38,138 bases of DNA from a virus (lineage: Duplodnaviria > Caudoviricetes): IMG/VR virus record IMGVR_UViG_3300027265_000052, positions 1 through 38,138 of that record, one strand, 5' to 3'. Position 1 is the stretch's first letter. Each line of letters begins with the position of its first letter. The notes under the pieces are model-generated. The model worked only from the letters and a program-made list of their open reading frames with translations. It was not told the origin of the DNA and searched no databases. This document shows positions 26,707 through 34,382 of this stretch, in pieces. The translations under genes were made by a program, and so were the position numbers.

Positions 26707-27434
26707 TGAGTCAGCAATTCAATGATGAAGTTGAACAAGTCGCTGGAAACGACATCATCAATAAAAACAATATCTTCCATATTCACTTGCCAGCAACTGC
26801 TACAGAGAGTCAGATAGATCTAGTAAGCCGCGCAGTCCATACGCTGCTGAACATCTGCACTGAAGCAAACTGCAAGGCGGAAATGTACAAAATCAGCCAA
26901 ACGCTGTTTGGCACTTCCTTCTTCAAAGAGCTAAACCTTGAGCAATTAACAAAGTTGCAGGTTATTGCTGAAGAGATGCGCTCGGCGCTACAGAAAAAAG
27001 CGCCGAAAGACGAATCCCATACAGCCTTTACCCAAGAAATGGATGAGTATGATGAGTTTCTTCGGCGTACTGGTGTTAGGGCATCAAAACTGGAACGAGC
27101 TGCGCTGACGGAACTAATGACAACTTGTCCGATCAATCCCAAGCAAATCAAATTAGCCTGGTCAAACAGTATTCTGATCTATGAAGACAATCGACTACGA
27201 ATCAAATTGCCTTCTTTGGAACCCTGGATAGGCATGGCATTAGCGCTGATTTCTATTGGTGGGCTGTATTTATTCATACTACAGATCATTCTGGTTAAGC
27301 TGTCTATACAGCAATTACTCCAGCAAGTTCCGACGATCTTAATGTTTGTGACGGCTTTAATCTTGAGCATCCGCACTATGATCACCCCCACTTTTATTGG
27401 CAGACGAATTAAGGCTGCGATAGAAAAAGCTTAG
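26706..27434 (+). CDS. Membrane protein with two C-terminal TM helices and an N-terminal motif shared with the repressor
   Basis: TAGTG coupling to the repressor; hydrophobic WIGMALALISIGGLYLFILQIILV and VPTILMFVTALILSI. Confidence 0.8.
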   Translation: MSQQFNDEVEQVAGNDIINKNNIFHIHLPATATESQIDLVSRAVHTLLNICTEANCKAEMYKISQTLFGTSFFKELNLEQLTKLQVIAEEMRSALQKKAPKDESHTAFTQEMDEYDEFLRRTGVRASKLERAALTELMTTCPINPKQIKLAWSNSILIYEDNRLRIKLPSLEPWIGMALALISIGGLYLFILQIILVKLSIQQLLQQVPTILMFVTALILSIRTMITPTFIGRRIKAAIEKA

Positions 27435-27487
27435 GAGATTGCTAGGCAATGCACAACATAAAATATCTAATTTTTAGAGGTAAGCTC

Positions 27488-28135
27488 ATGAACCCGTTTG
27501 TTTTAGCACTGATTTTATTGGTCCCACTATCTGTCACTGCTGCCGAGTGGTCTGGCACTGTGGTGGGTATTTCTGACGGCGATACTCTCACAGTGTTAAA
27601 TGCCGAAAAACGCCAGGTCAAAATTCGTCTGGCGGAGATCGACGCGCCTGAGTCAAAGCAAGAGTTCGGTACTCAATCAAAGCAATCGTTATCGGAAATC
27701 TGTTTCAAAAAGCCGGTAATTGTTGATGATAAAGGAACTGATAAATACAAGCGAACCATAGGCCGCTTGAGTTGCGATGGCGTTGATGCTAATGCTGAGC
27801 AAGTGCGGCGCGGAATGGCTTGGGCATATCGACAATATCTGACTGATCAAACGATTGCTACGTTGGAGGATGAGGCTAAATCCGCCGGTACTGGTTTATG
27901 GGCCGATGCTAATCCAACTCCTCCGTGGGAGTTCAGGCATGGAGGAAAAGCTGTAAAAACTGCGGCTAAAGATGCTATTAAACCGACAGCTAACAGCGGT
28001 TTTGAATGCGCTGGTAAATCAAAATGCGGCGAAATGTCCAGTTGTGCCGAAGCCAAGTTTTACTTACATGAATGCGGCGTTGGACGTTTGGACCGCGACC
28101 ATGACAATATCCCTTGTGAATCAATTTGTCGCTAA
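27488..28135 (+). CDS. Exported thermonuclease (SNase family) with C-terminal Excalibur-like domain
   Basis: Signal peptide; DGDT, IRLAEIDAPE, DKYKR, GMAWAY, PWEFR; C..M.SC.EA...LDRDHDNIPCE. Confidence 0.92.
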   Translation: MNPFVLALILLVPLSVTAAEWSGTVVGISDGDTLTVLNAEKRQVKIRLAEIDAPESKQEFGTQSKQSLSEICFKKPVIVDDKGTDKYKRTIGRLSCDGVDANAEQVRRGMAWAYRQYLTDQTIATLEDEAKSAGTGLWADANPTPPWEFRHGGKAVKTAAKDAIKPTANSGFECAGKSKCGEMSSCAEAKFYLHECGVGRLDRDHDNIPCESICR

Positions 28136-28145
28136 TCGAAAAAAC

Positions 28146-28640
28146 ATGAAACATACATTAATTACTTTAACCCTAACTATCATTGCTGCGCTTGGCGGCT
28201 ACATCGCTTATCCATTGTTGCATCCCGCTCCGACCGAAACTGCGGCCGCTGACGATATTGAGATAGTGCCCATTGCGGCTAATAGCAGTGAATCGATAAC
28301 CATCACAATCAACAAATCTGATGCTGAAAATTGGCTATCAGACTTTCGGAGTGCATGAGATAACGCCAATGACGCTTTATTTTTAAATGACTTCGAAAAA
28401 CGCCAGGCACATGCCGCTGTTGTCGGGGAATTAGTAGATCGAGCTGAACATATATTTGGCGAGGATAGCGAATGCACTAAAGCGGCCCGGCATTTAAATG
28501 GCGCCTGGATGACGGAGGTATCTTTGATGCTTGATCCGTCAGAGAATACAAATATCAATTTATCAGTCGCCATGAAATTGGCTTGGGAAGGCGGGCAAGT
28601 TTACGGTGACTGCCGTGATATTATTGACAATTTAAAATAA
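28146..28640 (+). pseudogene. Exported/membrane-anchored protein interrupted by in-frame TGA at 28356-28358
   Basis: N-terminal hydrophobic helix; the frame continues 93 codons past TGA to TAA 28640. Confidence 0.7.
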
Positions 28641-28707
28641 TGGTACGCACTGCGCATCTATTGGATTACATATTTTGCACTAAGTAAATCCGCTTACGTA
28701 AAAACGC

Positions 28708-28851
28708 CTATCGGCCCGGTACAGCACCGCCCGGCCATGCTATCCACACAGTCACGCACGGCAAGAGATTAACGCACAGCCGCCGGTTATACGGCGACCA
28801 ATGCACGCCAATCCAACAGCTGCCTAATCTAAATAAAATACCTATCTTCAT
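28708..28851 (-). CDS. Small Trp-rich hypothetical protein (47 aa)
   Basis: MKIGILFRLGSCWIGVHWSPYNRRLCVNLLPCVTVWIAWPGG...; ATGA coupling. Confidence 0.65.
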   Translation of the reverse strand: MKIGILFRLGSCWIGVHWSPYNRRLCVNLLPCVTVWIAWPGGAVPGR

Positions 28852-29072
28852 CGTCTAAACGCCTCCGGTGGCGGTATGTCTCCGGGCGGAATCTGTAACA
28901 TTTCCCGCCAGACGCGATTGAATTTTCGCGGATCGGCACTCACTGCTTGCCAATCCTGTTCTGTGTTGCCTTTTTTCAGGTAGTAACCCCGAATCGAGGC
29001 ATAGCGCATGCTGGCCCGTTGCAGCCGTGCCTGAACGGCATACGGGCTGATAGATATAGGTGCTTCAGGCAA
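28848..29072 (-). CDS. Hypothetical protein
   Basis: 74-aa ORF downstream of the lysozyme; start uncertain. Confidence 0.55.
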   Translation of the reverse strand: MPEAPISISPYAVQARLQRASMRYASIRGYYLKKGNTEQDWQAVSADPRKFNRVWREMLQIPPGDIPPPEAFRR

Positions 29073-29103
29073 GGCGTTTCTCGCTCACTGTTGCCAATCC
29101 GGC

Positions 29104-29610
29104 CTACCAGGGTTGATAGATGCCGGATCGCCAAATGTTCCATTCGCATTGACGGCGGTTGATTAAGCCATCGTTTTCTTTATTCTGGGATTTATTCCAA
29201 GCTTTCCAAGCCGATTCTAATGTGGGGTAGCGGGTCACAGCGCACGGATCGTTGATCTGTTTGGCAACGCTCGATTCGGCAAAAGCCGTGATCCCGATAT
29301 TAAAGGTCAACAGTACCAGGGCATCGAATTGTTGTTGCTGCAACGGTTTGATGATGGTGCGATTTATAGCGCGTTCTGTAAGCAGCAGGGTTTTCTCAAG
29401 CAATATGCCGGCGTAAAACTTACTAATGCCGTTTGCAAAATGCAGCCATTCGTTTGCAGGTATCAAATAGCCGTAACCGATGGTGGCACCTTTGCACCAT
29501 TCGCTAATTGCTTGGCCGGTTTGGTCGTCGTAGGGTTGTAACCGCAAGGTTTCGATGGTTTGCATCAGTTGCAAGCCTTTATCGCTGATGGTCAAGTGGT
29601 CGTTAATCAT
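29104..29610 (-). CDS. Endolysin, GH24 (T4-like) lysozyme
   Basis: E-x8-D catalytic region (ETLRLQPYDD), TIGYG, QQFDALV..FNIG, GLINRR..E. Confidence 0.92.
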   Translation of the reverse strand: MINDHLTISDKGLQLMQTIETLRLQPYDDQTGQAISEWCKGATIGYGYLIPANEWLHFANGISKFYAGILLEKTLLLTERAINRTIIKPLQQQQFDALVLLTFNIGITAFAESSVAKQINDPCAVTRYPTLESAWKAWNKSQNKENDGLINRRQCEWNIWRSGIYQPW

Positions 29611-30217
29611 GGTTACCTCTTAATTTCCTGAGTTGTTCGGTTAATTTGCTGGCTTCATTTTTCCAATATTCTTCTCCGGTTTGTTCGGCCATGCTCTTGG
29701 CGTGGGCCAGGTCTTGATTAATCCGGGTCATGTCCTGCTCACGCTGATTCCTCTGCTTTTGCATTGTTTCTGTACTGGTTTCGCTTGCGTCTAGCCAACG
29801 GCGATCGGTAAGCCAGCCTTCGGCCATTTTGGCTACTCTACCTTCCGGCAGTTGTTTACGGGCTGCCGCTTCGCGTTTGGCGGCTATGACGATCTGGTCA
29901 TATTCCTGCTTGCTTAAAAGACCCATTTGCAACCAGCGTGCGGCCGCTCGATCACGTCCCTGTTTGTAGTTAAACGCTGCCCAAAACAGGTCGAAGGCCG
30001 CTTTCATTAGCGGCTGTTTGCTTAGCTGGTCATAAGCGTTGGGTATTTCGCGCTGGCCGCTCGGTCTGGTATCGCCGTAACCGCATTCGCTGAGTTTTCT
30101 CCAGAGTTTTTCGGCCATGGCAATCGCCAGATCGACGTCGTATTTGCCCGTTCCCTCGTTTTTAGTCTGCGGCAGAAATTGCAGGACAGCTTGCTGGATA
30201 AAGTCGCGTTTTTGCAT
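29603..30217 (-). CDS. Hypothetical protein
   Basis: GGAG RBS; FDLFWAAF..K..R..AAARW...GWL..RRW.D motif like the C-termini of phage replication proteins. Confidence 0.75.
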   Translation of the reverse strand: MQKRDFIQQAVLQFLPQTKNEGTGKYDVDLAIAMAEKLWRKLSECGYGDTRPSGQREIPNAYDQLSKQPLMKAAFDLFWAAFNYKQGRDRAAARWLQMGLLSKQEYDQIVIAAKREAAARKQLPEGRVAKMAEGWLTDRRWLDASETSTETMQKQRNQREQDMTRINQDLAHAKSMAEQTGEEYWKNEASKLTEQLRKLRGNHD

Positions 30218-30240
30218 CGGTGCTCCGTTGGTGTGGGCAC

Positions 30241-30311
30241 ATTCTCAATGTTTATTGGCTAAATCGAATTAAATCGCTTTAAGTCCGCTGTTCCATGTTG
30301 TTAGGCATACT
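30241..30311. promoter_or_regulatory. Late promoter dyad TTAAATCGCTTTAA (30269-30282), possibly bidirectional
   Basis: Plus strand: 23 nt then CATACT. Minus strand: 22 nt then GAGAAT. Confidence 0.72.
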
Positions 30312-30380
30312 GTGACCGTATTGAGCCAAGTCCTCGGGCTCAATCTTTACTAAGTCGAGGGCGTTTAACCCGGTAACAAC

Positions 30381-30797
30381 ATGAAACGTTTTTCTTTAAG
30401 TACATTATCCATTTTGGTTTCATTTATTGGTCTGACTCCGGAGGGAGCAACAGCAGCTATCGACGGGCTGTTTAACGTGGAATCAAGCGATCCGTCCGTT
30501 TTGACGGTGACGCCCACCGAGACGGCCGGCGTGTTTAAAGTGGAGTTCGTCGGCCCAGGTCAGGCAGTTCTGAATGTGAATGCCGATGTGGATTTGACGG
30601 ATGGCACCCACACGGTATCTCAACCGTTCGAATTTGAAATTTTCGACCCATCGCAAGAAGCCGATCATTTCGATTTGCAAATTATGGCTATCGAACATTC
30701 GGATGCACCCGGATCGGCCATGCCTACCGATCTAACTGATCATGCAACAGCGGATACTGAAGCATCCGCTGATAACTCAACGGACGCTGCCGCTTAA
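30381..30797 (+). CDS. Acidic Ig-like (Big_2-type) protein
   Basis: SSDPSVLTV and G.GQAVL.V motifs; hydrophobic N-terminus. Confidence 0.6.
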   Translation: MKRFSLSTLSILVSFIGLTPEGATAAIDGLFNVESSDPSVLTVTPTETAGVFKVEFVGPGQAVLNVNADVDLTDGTHTVSQPFEFEIFDPSQEADHFDLQIMAIEHSDAPGSAMPTDLTDHATADTEASADNSTDAAA

Positions 30798-30811
30798 GGC
30801 GGATTTTCTTG

Positions 30812-30840
30812 CAATCCCGGTGTAAGCCGGGATTGTTTTA
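30812..30840 (+). terminator. Rho-independent terminator
   Basis: CAATCCCGG-tgtaag-CCGGGATTG followed by TTTTA. Confidence 0.7.
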
Positions 30841-30854
30841 ATTGGGAGACCGAT

Positions 30855-31259
30855 ATGATTGGTATAGATGCAATTGCTGAGATGGTAGGTACCGTTGTCG
30901 ATAAGATTTTTCCGGATGCGAACATTGAGGCGCAATCCAAAGCGGATGCGCTGAAGGCGCAATTGACTCAGGAGCTGCAAAATACGTTTGGACAGCTTGA
31001 AATCAACAAGGTTGAAGCCGCCAATGCCTCGGTATTCGTGTCCGGCTGGCGGCCAGCTGTAGGCTGGGTCTGTGTATCCGGATTCGGTTACGAGTTTTTA
31101 TTGCGCCCGTTGATCAACGGCCTGCTCATTGCATTAGGCTTTGTTCCGGTTTTTCCGGGCATTGAAACCGATGCTTTATCGTCATTGCTATTCGGCATGT
31201 TGGGATTGGGCACGATGCGCATGGTGGAAAAAGTTAAGGGCGTGGCGAGGCATCAATGA
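30855..31259 (+). CDS. Putative holin (3TM GTA-holin/DUF3154 family)
   Basis: EINKVEA...FVSGWRPAVGWVC, LFGMLGLG.MR..EK.KG. Confidence 0.88.
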   Translation: MIGIDAIAEMVGTVVDKIFPDANIEAQSKADALKAQLTQELQNTFGQLEINKVEAANASVFVSGWRPAVGWVCVSGFGYEFLLRPLINGLLIALGFVPVFPGIETDALSSLLFGMLGLGTMRMVEKVKGVARHQ

Positions 31260-31519
31260 AAGGACTGGAAGCGCTACTTAATCCCGAAGAACATTTGTCG
31301 GATGACGATAAGGGCATGCATGCGGAGCAATTTTCGACCGATTTGGCGCTGTTACAACATCGGCAGGCGCATACCGTTGACCCAAACGCCGTGTCTGCTG
31401 AGTGCTGTGAATCCTGTGGTAATGAGATTCCGGAGGAGCGGCGCAAGGCAGTCCTGGGAGTGACGTTGTGTGTCGAATGCGCATGGGAAGAAGAACGGAG
31501 AGCAAAGCAATGGAAGTAA
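31256..31519 (+). CDS. TraR/DksA C4 zinc-finger protein
   Basis: CESCGNEIPEERR.A..GVTLCVEC. Confidence 0.92.
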   Translation: MKGLEALLNPEEHLSDDDKGMHAEQFSTDLALLQHRQAHTVDPNAVSAECCESCGNEIPEERRKAVLGVTLCVECAWEEERRAKQWK

Positions 31520-31881
31520 TTTTGGATTGGATCAAAGCCGGTTCCAGCATTGTTGCCATGTTGTTTAGCGGCGCCACCTTTATTTATGTGCAGTTGGATA
31601 AGCGGCAACGAGCAACGGTGAAATCGATCGATGAATTGAAAGAGTCGGTTGACGAGCGATTTGCCGCGAAATGCAACCGGTTATCCAAGCTCGAGGGTGA
31701 AGTGAACCGCATTCCGACGCGGGACGAGTTCGACGCGGCGCAACGGCGCACTGAGGAATTCATCAAGGGCGTTTACGATCGCATTAACGAAATTGACCGG
31801 GCCAACCAGGATTCGGCTCGATCAACGAATTTATTGCTCGGCCAAGTGCTGGGCCAACTTAATCAGCTTGCCAAGGAGTAA
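31510..31881 (+). CDS. Membrane-anchored coiled-coil protein (Mu gp25/DUF2730-like)
   Basis: N-terminal TM, RLSKLEGEV..IPT; synteny. Confidence 0.72.
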   Translation: MEVILDWIKAGSSIVAMLFSGATFIYVQLDKRQRATVKSIDELKESVDERFAAKCNRLSKLEGEVNRIPTRDEFDAAQRRTEEFIKGVYDRINEIDRANQDSARSTNLLLGQVLGQLNQLAKE

Positions 31882-32171
31882 TGATGCCTGACATCCAAAC
31901 CGAAAACCGACGCTTGATGATTTTGCAGTTGCTGCAAAAAGACCCGGATTACAGCATCAACGATACGCTGTTACAGCAATTACTCGCCAGTTTGGGGTAC
32001 GGCGTGGCGCTGGCCGTGGTGCGCGCCGATTTGGCTTGGCTGGAGCAACTGAACCTGATCGCCACTAATTCGTTGCCCAATTGCACAGTGGCGATTTTGC
32101 GTAGCGACGGGTTGGATGTCGCTACTGGTGTATCGGTGGTGCCTGGTATTGCCAGGCCGAGGCCAGCTTAA
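31881..32171 (+). CDS. Mu gp26-like winged-helix protein
   Basis: RRLMILQLL, VRADLAWLEQ, GLDVATG...VPGIARP. Confidence 0.88.
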   Translation: MMPDIQTENRRLMILQLLQKDPDYSINDTLLQQLLASLGYGVALAVVRADLAWLEQLNLIATNSLPNCTVAILRSDGLDVATGVSVVPGIARPRPA

Positions 32172-32176
32172 TCATC

Positions 32177-32722
32177 ATGGCCAATAAATCCACCATCAAA
32201 ACCTTGCCTGCCGATATTCTGGAGCAGCTGCAAGCGCTGCTACGCGATCCGCGTGTAACACAGCTAGACGCCACCCTGCGTATTAATGCCATTCTGGCGG
32301 AGCAAGGCCAGGAGCCGGTTAGTAAGTCGGCGGTAAATCGCTACGCAATGAGAATGGCTGATGTCGGCAAAAAGCTGCAAGAAAGCCGAGCCATTGCTGA
32401 GATGTGGATCGGCAAACTGGGCAGCCAGCCGGCTGGCGAAGTGGGCAAGCTGCTGAATGAAGTCGTGCGCAATCTGGCGTTCGACGCCGCCATGCACATG
32501 GCCGAGGACGAAGCGCCGGCTCAACCTGGAGCAATCAAGGAACTGGCGATTGCGATCGAGAAGCTGGAAAACGCGGCCAGCAAGAACGAGCAGCGTGATG
32601 CAATGGTTCGCAAAGCGGCGTTGGAAGAAGCCGCGCAGCGTGTCGACGAAGCGGCCAAGGCGCAAGGCATGGATATTGACCAGGTCAAATTCTGGCGCGA
32701 AAAAGTGCTGATGGGTGTGTGA
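32177..32722 (+). CDS. Terminase small subunit, Mu gp27-like (DUF3486)
   Basis: KSTIKTLP, VSKSAVNRY; directly upstream of the large subunit. Confidence 0.88.
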   Translation: MANKSTIKTLPADILEQLQALLRDPRVTQLDATLRINAILAEQGQEPVSKSAVNRYAMRMADVGKKLQESRAIAEMWIGKLGSQPAGEVGKLLNEVVRNLAFDAAMHMAEDEAPAQPGAIKELAIAIEKLENAASKNEQRDAMVRKAALEEAAQRVDEAAKAQGMDIDQVKFWREKVLMGV

Positions 32723-34380
32723 TGAGTCAATTGGCGCCGTTGGCGGATACGCAACGTATTGTCGAATGGGACGAACTGCCGGAAAAGGTGCGTGAAATCC
32801 CGGAGGGGTTTAACCCTGGCGATGCCGGTGTACTGATGAAACACCAGGTCGAATGGTTGAAAATCATCCATTCTCACGATCTTGCTGCCTCGGAAAAGTG
32901 TCGGCGTTCAGGGATTACGTTGGCCACGGCATTTGATGACACGATTACAGCCGCATCTCGTAAATCTGCCGGGGGGTCGAATGTTTTTTATATCGGCGAT
33001 ACCCGTGAGAAGGGTCTCGAATTTATTGGCTACGTTGCTAAGTTTGCCAAGATTATTGTTGCCGCCCAGGGTGAAGGCGTTTCACAGATCGAGGAATTTA
33101 TCTTCGAGGACCAGGACAGGCGCGGTGAATCCACGCAGCAGATCACCGCCTTTCGCGTGCGCTTCGCATCGGGTTATCGGGTAGTCGCGCTGTCCAGCAG
33201 GCCGGAAAACATCCACGGTTTGCAAGGGATCGTCGATATCGACGAGGCGGCGCTGCATAAGGATGTGCGCAAAGTGATTGAGTCCGCCACGGCGCTGCTG
33301 ATTTGGGGCGGCAAAATTCGGATTATTTCCACGCATCGCGGGCTGAAAAATGCGTTTGCCGAACTGATTGCCGACATTCGCAATGGGCTGTACGGTAAGG
33401 CCGCAGCGGTGTTCAAAATCACGTTCGATGAATGCGTAGCCAATGGTCTGTATGAGCGTGTGTGCTGGATGACTGGCACAAACCCCACGGAAGAAGGGAA
33501 AAAAGATTGGTATCTACGCATCCGTAAAGCTTACGGCCCACGCAAGGCGGCAATGCGTGAGGAATTGGACGTCGTACCACGAGATGGCGAAGGCTCGGCG
33601 ATTCCGGGCATTTGGATTTTACGAGCCATGCGCGAAGAGCGGCCAGTGCTAAGGCTGGCGTTCGATGATGATTTTAAGAATCTTCCGATCGATTTACGTC
33701 GCGCGGAGATTGCGGCGTTTATCAAGCGTGAGCTTGATCCTCTGTTGGCGCAATTGCCAAAGGATTTGCGGCACTTTTTTGGAATGGACTTTGCCCGGCG
33801 CCGCCATTTATCGGTCATCGTGCCCATTATCAAGATGCTTAATCTGAGCAGGAAGGTGCCGTTTGCCATCGAGCTGCATAATTGCCCGATCGACCAGCAA
33901 AAGCAAATCCTTTGGTACTTGATACCGAAATTGCCGCGCTTTGGCGGCGGTGCGATGGATGCCACCGGCCCAGGCCAGACACTTGCCGAAGAAACATGGG
34001 AAAAGTGGAAATCGGTGGAGCAAGTTGACCTCAGTCAAAGCTGGTATCGGGACAATATGACGGCCTTCGTGCAAATGTTTGAAGACGACATGATGGACCT
34101 GCCGAAGGATGCGGAACACGAATCGGATTTGCGCGATTTGGAGCGCATCGACGGTATTGTCAAATTGCCGAAGGATGATAGTACCGATGACGACGGCGTC
34201 ACCCGACATGGTGATTATGCGATCGGCCTGGCATTGGGCGATTTTGCCTGCCGGGTGTGTAAGCCTGTAGAAATGGAGTTTGAGGCGACCGGCCAACGGG
34301 TAGCCTCCGACGAAAAGCCGTTTTTGACTGAGCACGGCTTCGGTACCGTATCTAGCTATAAAGATTTTTCAGGATTTTGA
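32722..34380 (+). CDS. Terminase large subunit, Mu gp28-like
   Basis: EKCRRSGIT, VDIDEAA, IISTH, GMDFAR, MDATGPG, RHGDYAI. Confidence 0.95.
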   Translation: MSQLAPLADTQRIVEWDELPEKVREIPEGFNPGDAGVLMKHQVEWLKIIHSHDLAASEKCRRSGITLATAFDDTITAASRKSAGGSNVFYIGDTREKGLEFIGYVAKFAKIIVAAQGEGVSQIEEFIFEDQDRRGESTQQITAFRVRFASGYRVVALSSRPENIHGLQGIVDIDEAALHKDVRKVIESATALLIWGGKIRIISTHRGLKNAFAELIADIRNGLYGKAAAVFKITFDECVANGLYERVCWMTGTNPTEEGKKDWYLRIRKAYGPRKAAMREELDVVPRDGEGSAIPGIWILRAMREERPVLRLAFDDDFKNLPIDLRRAEIAAFIKRELDPLLAQLPKDLRHFFGMDFARRRHLSVIVPIIKMLNLSRKVPFAIELHNCPIDQQKQILWYLIPKLPRFGGGAMDATGPGQTLAEETWEKWKSVEQVDLSQSWYRDNMTAFVQMFEDDMMDLPKDAEHESDLRDLERIDGIVKLPKDDSTDDDGVTRHGDYAIGLALGDFACRVCKPVEMEFEATGQRVASDEKPFLTEHGFGTVSSYKDFSGF

Positions 34381-34382
34381 GC

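Noticed and set aside
30300-30306. GTTAGGC as an attC core (similar 7-mers occur inside genes)
   Set aside because: No partner L/R boxes; it overlaps the late promoter and is expected by chance.
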